Source of the DNA: Parcubacteria group bacterium
GTDB lineage: Bacteria > Patescibacteriota > Patescibacteriia > UBA1558 > GWA2-36-10
Assembly (NCBI GenBank): GCA_003104935.1
Contig: PQAE01000010.1
Coordinates: forward strand, 77,768 to 141,767
Direction: 5' to 3'
Length of the DNA stretch: 64,000 nt
Notes under the pieces: generated by a model
Told to the model about the DNA's origin: nothing
Database searches by the model: none
Seen by the model: the letters and a program-made list of their open reading frames with translations, nothing else
Position numbers and translations under genes: made by a program
Shown: positions 21,505 through 29,035 of the stretch, in pieces
Numbering within the stretch: the first letter of the stretch is position 1
Layout: the number at the start of each line of letters is the position of its first letter

Positions 21505-21906
21505 TTAATTGGTCAAATCTTTGTGGTTGTCGCGACGAAAAATCAAAGTAACTAATTCGATCACGGCCGCCAGGATAATCAGCAATAGTAAATTCCACCA
21601 GGTCAGTATCCGCATGGCTTGCAACCATAGCGCGGCGATCAAGACACCGCTCAGGACTAGGGCCTGGCGGAAAGACTCCATGGCCATCATCCGCACTAGT
21701 CCGCGGTCTTTGTTGACCAACTGGCGTAGCCACAAGCCCAACACTGAAAAAGTACCCAGCAGGGCTAAAAATAAAAAACAATAAAATATTAAAAAAACTG
21801 TAACACCGCCTTCACTGGGGTTAAAATTAACTAAAACTACCGACCAGCCGGCCCAGGCGATAATCGTGGCTACCAGCATGGTTAAAGTGTAGCTTCTGAT
21901 ATTCAT
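21505..21906 (-). CDS. Four-TM membrane protein of unknown function
   Basis: Four hydrophobic segments, SFRQA motif; directly upstream of pheS. Confidence 0.75.
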   Translation of the reverse strand: MNIRSYTLTMLVATIIAWAGWSVVLVNFNPSEGGVTVFLIFYCFLFLALLGTFSVLGLWLRQLVNKDRGLVRMMAMESFRQALVLSGVLIAALWLQAMRILTWWNLLLLIILAAVIELVTLIFRRDNHKDLTN

Positions 21907-21975
21907 CCCGTTAGAAATTTAAATAATACTTAGACATCTCTTGCTTCATAATATACCCGCTAAATTTCTAACGGG
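21907..21975. mobile_element. MITE-like element with CCCGTTAGAAATTTA terminal inverted repeats, flanked by ATTCAT direct repeats
   Basis: 15-bp perfect terminal IR; ATTCAT at 21901-21906 and 21976-21981. Confidence 0.65.
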
Positions 21976-22013
21976 ATTCATGCTATAAATAGTAGCAAAA
22001 AACAACTCTAAAA

Positions 22014-22310
22014 TCAACCCAAAAACCTTAAATTATAGACTATTTTCTCGCTAAATTTATCATTTAAAATGGCCAAAAACTCAACCTGCTGGCTTTCCAG
22101 TTCATTGCGCAGACTCTGAGACAAGATCGCCATGGTCAGGATGCCCTCACTAAAATATATTGCCCGGGCTTTTTCAAAGGCTTCGGCTCCAAAAAAATTA
22201 CGGATAATCTCATTGGCTTGATCCAAAACCAAAGCATCCTGCACTTTTGTGTGCAGACCTTTATCAGTCAGCCTTTGCTGAGCCAAATCTTTGAGTGAAT
22301 TCCAGGGCAT
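22014..22310 (-). CDS. dciA: DciA/DUF721-family protein
   Basis: 98 aa; ARAIYFSEGILTM..S..LRNEL...L...LN pattern. Confidence 0.65.
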   Translation of the reverse strand: MPWNSLKDLAQQRLTDKGLHTKVQDALVLDQANEIIRNFFGAEAFEKARAIYFSEGILTMAILSQSLRNELESQQVEFLAILNDKFSEKIVYNLRFLG

Positions 22311-22326
22311 TTCTTTAACTATTTAG

Positions 22327-22368
22327 ACCCCTCTCCCTCCCCCTTACCAAGGGGGAGAAGGCGGGGGT
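22327..22368. repeat. C-rich/G-rich palindromic repeat, 'empty' form
   Basis: CCCCTCTCCCTCCCCCTTACCAAGGGGGAGAAGGCGGGGG, abutting the uvrD stop codon. Confidence 0.75.
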
Positions 22369-25300
22369 TATCTCTTATCTACTTTGGCAAAGGGACAAAT
22401 TTTATTAAAATCACAACTATTGCAGACAAAGCCGGGAGTGGCCGTAAAATCCTGGGACATAATTTTTTCAATAATGCCCGTGGCCCACTCTTTGGTCTTG
22501 ATCAATTCCTTTTCTGTCCCCAAAAATGAAACTTCAGAATTATTGGTCAGATAATAATAAGTCAGCTGGGCTACTTCGGTTTTAAAAATATCCTGCGCCG
22601 CCAATTGATACAAGAGCAATTGTCTTTTTTCTTGCCAGCGTACTTTTTCATCAAGCTTAGGTTTGCCGGTTTTGTAATCAATAATGCTCCAAGATTTTTT
22701 TTCGTCATCGATGCGATCGATCACTCCCCGCAAACTATAATCTTGGAGCTTCATAGTAAAGGATTTTTCCAAATACAAGGGAATAGCAAACTGACCATTA
22801 AACTTTTTGTAATAATCTTTAAGCATACGCTGGCCATCCAGGCGGTATTTTTCTTTATCTTCGGCCGAAGGAAACCAATCATCAACCCACGAATCATCAT
22901 AAAGCGCCAGTAATTCTTTCTCTGTGGGGTATTTAATTTCTTGACTGCTATTTTTGCCCAAGGCGGATCCGCCTAGGGCGGAAAATAAATCACTTTGCCC
23001 GCCATTGTGTCGGTCAATGATCAACTGATAAAACTTTTGCAGAGTGGAGTGCATGGTCTTGCCAAAGCTGAAGTGAGCGTTGCCCCGGGTCGGAACTTTG
23101 ATGATAAAACTATAAAAATACTGCCAAGGACAGCTATCGTAAGCGGCCAGCTGGGAAAAGGAAAAAACTTTGGGCAAGGTATAACTAATTTTTTTAGTGG
23201 TCGGTGGCAGGACAGCCGGTTCCGCGGATTTTTGTAATTTGATTTCTTTGGTTTTGAGTTTTATCTCCTCCAGAAAACGTGAGGGCTTGCGTTCACTGCT
23301 GCCGCCGTAATCTTTGGCCCAGGTCAAAAATACGCCGAGCTTGGCGCGGGTGAGAGCCACGTAAAACAGCCGCCGCTCCTCTTGCAGATGGGCATCACCG
23401 GTCGGTAGAGTTTCATTGATAAATTTTTCCGGGATTTCAATAGTATCTTTACGCTCGGTGCTGGGAAATCGCAGATGCACCAGATTGGTCACAAAAACAT
23501 ATTTAAACTCCAAGCCCTTGGCGCCATGCACGGTCATCACTTTGACCACATCCGGTCCGGACTCCTCGTCATACTGCAGAGCGCCCTGCTCGCCGGACTC
23601 AAACTCCAGCTCCATGGCCTGTAAAAACTCGTGGACCGTGGACTGGCCCAGCGCTTCTTCTTCCCAGGCCCGGATCTTGCGATAAAACTGATTGAGAAAC
23701 TGCTGTTGTTCTTTATTATATTGATTCAGCTCCAGTGTAATAGTCTGCAGATAACCGCTATCCTCCAGCCAGGCATAGACCACTTGCGACACCGGCTTGA
23801 GCTTGGCCAGCTCCGTGTGTTTACTAATATTGTTTAAAACATTTTCTATGACCCGTTCCTCACCCAGAGGTAAACTGATATGGGCGCGGTAATTTTTCAA
23901 AGTATAATACAAGCTCCAGGATTTTTTATTGGCCAGATGACTGAGATTAATAATCGTTTCACTTTTTAGTCCGGTGTGCGGTAAACTCAGGATGCGAAAC
24001 AAAGCCGTGGACTCATGATAATTATCCAGTAATTTTAAATAGGCCATGATGTCCAGCACGATGTCCTGTGAGTAAAGCCCGCGCGAAGCCATAAACTGGT
24101 GTGGCATGCCTAATTTCCTCATCATCGACACAAAGCCCTGGGCCTGATCATTGGCCCGCACCAAAATAGCAAAATCCGACCAATCTACTGATTTGTCTTT
24201 TTTCTTTATTTCCCAAATTTTGTTGAGCACGCCATCAATCTCGGAATTTTTATCCACGAAAGAAAGTATTTCCACACTACCCTCATCTTTGTTATGGCTT
24301 TTCAACCTTTTGCTAATCCCGTGGGCGCGGCCACGCGACTTTACGGGATTATACTGAAACTCCAGTCGGTCCGGATTATTGAGCTGGATAAAATCATAAG
24401 CCGTGTCCAAGATTTTTTGCCCGGAGCGGTAATTGTCCGTCAGAAATATTTCCGTCAGACCCGCACTGACTGTCTTTTTTGGTCGTGTACCTCCGCCCGA
24501 GCCGGAGCGAGGTGCGGATCGCCCTTTGGGCGAAAACTCTTTTTTGAAACTCAAAATATTGGCGATAGCCGCGCCGCGGAATTTGTAAATGGCTTGATCA
24601 TCATCACCCACCACCATTAGATTATTTTTTGGTGCGGCCAATAATTTTATCAGTTCATATTGCGCCCAGTTGGTATCCTGAAACTCGTCCACTAAGATAT
24701 ATTTAAATTGCTGACGAAATTTTTTGAGTATGGCCGGACGCTTTTGAAATAATTGTAAAGTATAATTAATCAAATCACCAAAATCCAAAGCATTTTTTTC
24801 CAGCAGTAATTGTTGGTAGACATGATAGGCATTGGCTACTTCTTTGACTCGGGCTATTTCCATAGCCACTTCTTCGCGGTCCCCGGCCTGATCGCTGTCC
24901 AAGTGTAAATCTTCGGCGTATTTCAAATATTCCTCGGTGGAAATTACTTCGTCCTTGAGCCGGGAAAAATGAGTGAGCAATGCATGGATAAAACGAGTGG
25001 GACTGCCCAGCGGCCGATAATAATCCAAGTCAAATTTATCAATATTATTGCGCACAAAGACCCAAGCCGCGGTTTGGTTTAAGACTTTAAAATCATTGGG
25101 TACGCCGATATCAATGGCGTAATCTTTCAAAACCCGTTCACAAAATCCGTGAAAAGTGTGGATCCACAAATCGCTATATCCTAGCGGTAAAATCCGGTCC
25201 ACCCGCTCGGCCATTTCCCCGGCGGCTTTTTCCGTAAAAGTGACGGCCAAAATCTCCTCCGGTTTAGCTTTGCCCTGTTCTATCAGATAGGCCATGCGTT

Positions 25301-25415
25301 GGCTAATGACCGTGGTCTTACCGGTGCCGGCCCCGGCAATCAAAATAACCGGCCCGGTGTCGTGCATCACAGCCGTTTTTTGAGCAATATTTAGCTTTGA
25401 TAGGTCTAATGGCAT
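22368..25415 (-). CDS. UvrD/PcrA-type helicase with C-terminal PD-(D/E)xK nuclease domain
   Basis: AGAGTGKT, VDEFQD, GDDDQAIY, NYRS, TVHGAKGLEF, EERRLFYVALTRA; GVIDRID..IIDYKTG; Cys residues C...CNSCDFNKIC. Confidence 0.92.
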   Translation of the reverse strand: MPLDLSKLNIAQKTAVMHDTGPVILIAGAGTGKTTVISQRMAYLIEQGKAKPEEILAVTFTEKAAGEMAERVDRILPLGYSDLWIHTFHGFCERVLKDYAIDIGVPNDFKVLNQTAAWVFVRNNIDKFDLDYYRPLGSPTRFIHALLTHFSRLKDEVISTEEYLKYAEDLHLDSDQAGDREEVAMEIARVKEVANAYHVYQQLLLEKNALDFGDLINYTLQLFQKRPAILKKFRQQFKYILVDEFQDTNWAQYELIKLLAAPKNNLMVVGDDDQAIYKFRGAAIANILSFKKEFSPKGRSAPRSGSGGGTRPKKTVSAGLTEIFLTDNYRSGQKILDTAYDFIQLNNPDRLEFQYNPVKSRGRAHGISKRLKSHNKDEGSVEILSFVDKNSEIDGVLNKIWEIKKKDKSVDWSDFAILVRANDQAQGFVSMMRKLGMPHQFMASRGLYSQDIVLDIMAYLKLLDNYHESTALFRILSLPHTGLKSETIINLSHLANKKSWSLYYTLKNYRAHISLPLGEERVIENVLNNISKHTELAKLKPVSQVVYAWLEDSGYLQTITLELNQYNKEQQQFLNQFYRKIRAWEEEALGQSTVHEFLQAMELEFESGEQGALQYDEESGPDVVKVMTVHGAKGLEFKYVFVTNLVHLRFPSTERKDTIEIPEKFINETLPTGDAHLQEERRLFYVALTRAKLGVFLTWAKDYGGSSERKPSRFLEEIKLKTKEIKLQKSAEPAVLPPTTKKISYTLPKVFSFSQLAAYDSCPWQYFYSFIIKVPTRGNAHFSFGKTMHSTLQKFYQLIIDRHNGGQSDLFSALGGSALGKNSSQEIKYPTEKELLALYDDSWVDDWFPSAEDKEKYRLDGQRMLKDYYKKFNGQFAIPLYLEKSFTMKLQDYSLRGVIDRIDDEKKSWSIIDYKTGKPKLDEKVRWQEKRQLLLYQLAAQDIFKTEVAQLTYYYLTNNSEVSFLGTEKELIKTKEWATGIIEKIMSQDFTATPGFVCNSCDFNKICPFAKVDKR
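22953..22982 (-). repeat. 30-bp in-frame double hairpin in uvrD (SALGGSALGK)
   Basis: TCCGCC-CTA-GGCGGA-TCCGCC-TTG-GGCAAA. Confidence 0.75.
24314..24351. repeat. Translated palindrome in uvrD (NPVKSRGRAHGI)
   Basis: TAATCCCGT / ACGGGATTA 9-bp arms with inner GTCGCG..CGCGCC on the minus strand. Confidence 0.65.
24492..24533 (-). repeat. 42-bp coding palindromic element, copy 1 (SPKGRSAPRSGSGG)
   Basis: TCGCCCAAAGGGCGATCCGCACCTCGCTCCGGCTCGGGCGGA. Confidence 0.9.
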
Positions 25416-25472
25416 AAGCCAATTTTACCGAAAAAACAAAGAAAAAGCCAGTCAGAAACAAACTCATTTTAT

Positions 25473-25602
25473 ACCCCCTCGCCCTCCCCCTTCCGCCAGA
25501 GGCGGACAAGTACTAAGGGTGAGAAGGTGGGGGTCATGCCGGATTTAATCCGGCATCTCAAGGCCACGAGGTATTGAGATTCCCGCATCAATGCGGGATG
25601 AC
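25473..25602. repeat. C-rich repeat carrying a TCCGCC-AGA-GGCGGA insert, followed by a GTCAT..ATGAC REP-like element
   Basis: CTCCCCCT[TCCGCCAGAGGCGGACAAG]TACTAAGGGTGAGAAGGTGGGGGTC; GTCATGCCGGATTTAATCCGGCATCTCAA..TTGAGATTCCCGCATCAATGCGGGATGAC. Confidence 0.8.
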
Positions 25603-25608
25603 AAAATA

Positions 25609-25645
25609 AAAAGGCCCCCCGGAGCCTTGGCGTAGGGGGCCTTCA
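25609..25645 (-). terminator. Intrinsic terminator of the 130-aa gene
   Basis: AAGGCCCCC..GGGGGCCTT stem followed by a T tract on the minus strand. Confidence 0.6.
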
Positions 25646-25663
25646 AATTCCTTTCTTTGTACC

Positions 25664-26056
25664 TTAGCGGTACCTCTCCTTCATGCCGGACCAGGTCTCG
25701 GGCTGGACGTTGACGGCGCCGCCAGGGACGGGACCAAGATTGACCCAGGTGTTGAAGTTCTGGTTGATCCACCCATCGCCATTGCTGGTGATAGCCGTCA
25801 GGTAGTTGAAAAACACGATGTCCGAAACAGGGACCGGAGGCACCGAGGATACGAGCATGGTGTCCCAGTATGGTCTGACGGGATTGAGTTCATAGATCCA
25901 GCTACCAGATTGCACGTAGGTAGCCCCACCGCTTCCGAGAACCCTGAAATTTGACCCGCTCTGTGCTTGCGCGTCGCTCCGGAAAGCGTGCACATAGAGC
26001 ACACAGCTCACTGCCAGAATCAGGCAGGACAGGGAAAACAGGAAAAAGCGTTTCAC
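25664..26056 (-). CDS. Secreted protein with C-terminal TWSGMKERYR motif, likely acquired
   Basis: Signal peptide; GTG start with AGAGAGGT SD; visibly GC-richer than neighbours. Confidence 0.75.
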   Translation of the reverse strand: MKRFFLFSLSCLILAVSCVLYVHAFRSDAQAQSGSNFRVLGSGGATYVQSGSWIYELNPVRPYWDTMLVSSVPPVPVSDIVFFNYLTAITSNGDGWINQNFNTWVNLGPVPGGAVNVQPETWSGMKERYR

Positions 26057-26207
26057 GACTCTACCTCTCTTTCAGGTTTACAAAGAAAAGATTTCAAGGC
26101 ACGAACAAACAATGTAAATTACTACTTTAAAATAATACTGTCAAATAACAAAAAGGCCCAGAGCGTAGCGTAGGGCCTTTTTACAATAAAGAAATCCTTT
26201 TAAATTT

Positions 26208-26410
26208 GCGAGCCATCAGAGAAAATCTTAGAATTTGGCAGTGAGGCCGGCGTATATTTTTGCGCTGTTTGAGACTGAGTCTTGAGCGCAGCGAAAGACG
26301 AAGGCGAGTTCGCAAAAATAGCTGGCCGAACAAACAAATTCTTTAGATTTTTCCTCTGCGGCTCGCGCTTTTTTCTGCGCAACTCTTTTTGTGCTCACAA
26401 AAAGAGTTGC
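26208..26410. repeat. Long imperfect palindrome plus a perfect 15-bp hairpin
   Basis: GCGAGCC/GGCTCGC, AGAATTTG/CAAATTCT, TATTTTTGCG/CGCAAAAATA; GCAACTCTTTTTGTG-CT-CACAAAAAGAGTTGC. Confidence 0.75.
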
Positions 26411-26417
26411 AAAACAT

Positions 26418-28232
26418 TTAGTAATAATAAATATAGCACGCCCCACCGCCCATATCATCCGGCACATCGCAAATTTCCCATTTAATTTTCCGCGGCCGCG
26501 GACACACGCCTCCTTCGTCAATCTGACTATTGCAATTATTATCCAGACCATCGCAAATTTCCAAAGCGCCAGGATGAATATTTTGGTTGTTATCATTACA
26601 GTCGGGCTGAACATACTCACAGGCTTCCAGACCGGCGGTACCATAATCATCACCGTCACGGTCAATACAAAGCACTACACAACCCGGACCATTGTCCAAT
26701 CCGTCGCAATTACTATCTACGCCGTCATCGCAATATTCCGTAGCCCCGGAATAAATATTTATATTATCATCGTTACAATCCGGCTGGGAATATGGGCACA
26801 GCGCAAAGCCGCTCGTGCCGTAGCCGTCATGATCATTGTCTACGCAAGGATCGCACAAAGCCGGGTCATCGATCTGACCGTTGCAATCATTATCAATGCC
26901 GTCACTGCAAACTTCGGTAGCGTCGGGATTGATGTCACCACTGGCGACGCGACAAGATAATTTAGTCAGATTAGAAGTTGTAAAAGTACCGTCGTCATTC
27001 CAGATCATCCGTTTCAGGCGCAGATCACGGGTATGGGTCGGCCAGTCGCCCGAATAAGGATTGGCCGCTATGCTCTGCGACATGATCCAGGTATCGCCAT
27101 AGGGCACGACGATCTCGGAGGCGTTTACTCCCGGGTCGGGAATGCTACCGCGGTAGGCCCAGTTCAGACTGCCCTGATCATCCACACTTAGATCAGGGCT
27201 GGAAAGATACTGAATTTCAGTACGCGGATTGGGAATGTTATAATAATCCTCCTGATCAGTATAGTCGGTAAAAAACAAATAAAAATTATTATTGTACTCG
27301 GTAACAAAAGGATTTTCGGCAACATGGCCGGTAAGTTGGAGACCGACTCCGCCTTGATCAGCGTAAAGTTTCTTGGTGGCTAGGATATAGCCGGCACCGG
27401 CCCAATTAATCAAATCTGGAGATTGGGCGACTGAAATCATCTGCCCTGCCGGCAAACCGATATTACTGTTAACGGTCATAAACATCAGCCAGCGATTATT
27501 AACCTCATCACGAATAACAAAAGGGTCCCGGCACTGATTATCGTAGGGTTCGCCCGATCCCCAACGCGTCCAGCTCTCATTACAATCATAAACACACCCG
27601 TCGCCGGCCGTACCCAAACAATTGTTTAGCGGATACTTTGTCCAAGTGGTTAAATCCGGCGAAGTGGCCACGCCGATCCTCTGCTCGGCATCAGGATCAG
27701 ATCCGCCCGCGGTCACACCGGAATAAAACATATAATACAAACTGCCTGCGGGATTTTTTATCACATATGGAGCCCATAAACCGTAAGAATCCCAGCCGGC
27801 CGGATTTTGCATCAGGGCCGGACCGACATAAGTTAGAGATTGTAGATCGGTGGCAGTGTAATGCTCTATATAATCACCATACCCCTGATCTTCATTTTGG
27901 AAAAACAAATGATACAGACCGCTATCGTCCTGAATCCAAGCATGATCAGCGATATCGTCGTCGCTATCGGGATCAACCTTACTTTCCAAAAAAGTCGGCA
28001 GGCTGTTAGGATTACAAGCTTGGGTGCTCGTAATATATTTTGATTGCAGACTATCCACGCAATCATTACCTCCAGATTGTTCGCCAATAAAACCGTCATC
28101 GTCAATATCCGGCGTGTTGGCGCTGGCCAGCAAATCTGGTATTTGTGAACCAAATAAAAAAAACAGCAGTAATGTTGCTGTCAAAAAATATATTTTCATT
28201 CTGGGCGAGTAAAATCTTTCTTTTAAATACAT
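26418..28232 (-). CDS. Secreted five-bladed beta-propeller glycoside hydrolase (GH32/43-like) with MopE-like metal-binding repeats
   Basis: DHAWI..LYHLFF, WAPYV, RDPFV, AENPFV; DxDGDxY...DCND...PGAxExCDGxDNxC repeats; start may be ATG 28199. Confidence 0.8.
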   Translation of the reverse strand: MYLKERFYSPRMKIYFLTATLLLFFLFGSQIPDLLASANTPDIDDDGFIGEQSGGNDCVDSLQSKYITSTQACNPNSLPTFLESKVDPDSDDDIADHAWIQDDSGLYHLFFQNEDQGYGDYIEHYTATDLQSLTYVGPALMQNPAGWDSYGLWAPYVIKNPAGSLYYMFYSGVTAGGSDPDAEQRIGVATSPDLTTWTKYPLNNCLGTAGDGCVYDCNESWTRWGSGEPYDNQCRDPFVIRDEVNNRWLMFMTVNSNIGLPAGQMISVAQSPDLINWAGAGYILATKKLYADQGGVGLQLTGHVAENPFVTEYNNNFYLFFTDYTDQEDYYNIPNPRTEIQYLSSPDLSVDDQGSLNWAYRGSIPDPGVNASEIVVPYGDTWIMSQSIAANPYSGDWPTHTRDLRLKRMIWNDDGTFTTSNLTKLSCRVASGDINPDATEVCSDGIDNDCNGQIDDPALCDPCVDNDHDGYGTSGFALCPYSQPDCNDDNINIYSGATEYCDDGVDSNCDGLDNGPGCVVLCIDRDGDDYGTAGLEACEYVQPDCNDNNQNIHPGALEICDGLDNNCNSQIDEGGVCPRPRKIKWEICDVPDDMGGGACYIYYY

Positions 28233-28307
28233 AAAACAAGAATTCTTCTATTTACCCTCCCTCCATATTATAACCCTATCGGGAATATCCTGTAAATACA
28301 AACGAAT

Positions 28308-28342
28308 AAAGCCCCGCCGCGTCTAACGCGGTGGGGCTTGAG
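28308..28342 (-). terminator. Intrinsic terminator
   Basis: AAGCCCCGCCGCG-TCTAA-CGCGGTGGGGCTT. Confidence 0.65.
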
Positions 28343-28358
28343 GTTTCGGCCTGACGGC

Positions 28359-28874
28359 CTATTTTACTTCCAGCGGATAACAATCCTCCGGAACGATAGT
28401 AGTGGAAAGTGCATGCAGGTCCCGAGGCACCAAGACCATGTATCTGATGTTCAGGCCGTGCTCATGCAAAGCCTGTAAGTTTCGCTTGATCTGCTCGGAT
28501 CGTGTGCTGGCCAGGAGTTCCTCCACGGCCATGACGATCTTGATGCCCAAGACCGATTTGACCCGTCGCAGATCGCCGACATAGGTCTCCAGCTCCTCTT
28601 CCGGAGAAGCAAAGTTATGGGAACCGCCGTGGTCCCCGCAGTCCCAGTGCTTGAGCACCAAGATATCGCTGACCCCGTGCAAACCGCACGAGACCTGCAC
28701 GATGCTACGCACCAAGTCGCTGGTGACCGTACAGCCGGGCTGAAACCGGCGAGTACTGCCAGGCCGGGTATGCAAATCTATCGCCGGCCGGTCAAAAATC
28801 TCTTGCGCCAAAGACATTGTCCTTGGCATCCAACGCCCATCCACACAAGCGATAGCCGCTCCGTAGTGACCCAC
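28359..28874 (-). CDS. Beta-carbonic-anhydrase-like protein (GC-rich paralog)
   Basis: CVDGR and HWDC Zn-ligand motifs; GTG start with AGGAGAGGT SD. Confidence 0.7.
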   Translation of the reverse strand: MGHYGAAIACVDGRWMPRTMSLAQEIFDRPAIDLHTRPGSTRRFQPGCTVTSDLVRSIVQVSCGLHGVSDILVLKHWDCGDHGGSHNFASPEEELETYVGDLRRVKSVLGIKIVMAVEELLASTRSEQIKRNLQALHEHGLNIRYMVLVPRDLHALSTTIVPEDCYPLEVK

Positions 28875-28937
28875 AGCACCTCTCCTTTGTCACTTTGCCC
28901 AATTTAACGAACAAGCAAACATAAACAGAACCAAAAA

Positions 28938-28966
28938 ATTGTACCATAAAAACAAAAACACGTCAA
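28938..28966 (-). promoter_or_regulatory. Sigma70 promoter with extended -10
   Basis: TTGACG-17 nt-TACAAT, with TG one base upstream of the -10. Confidence 0.6.
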
Positions 28967-28995
28967 GCCCGTTAGAAATTTATTTCTAACGGGCT
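28966..28995. repeat. CCCGTTAGAAAT-family hairpin (minimal form)
   Basis: AGCCCGTTAGAAAT-TT-ATTTCTAACGGGCT, 14-bp perfect arms. Confidence 0.8.
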
Positions 28996-29035
28996 CAATA
29001 GGATACCGTGTTTTCACTATGTTTATCCCGGTTAT

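Noticed and set aside
26200-26960. ORFs 26200..26382, 26228..26665, 26282..26485 and 26391..26960
   Set aside because: Alternative-frame or antisense readings of the repeat region and palindrome
25473-28995. Integron cassette array
   Set aside because: Genes have their own promoters and terminators, the flanking elements differ from each other, and there is no integrase or consistent attC core
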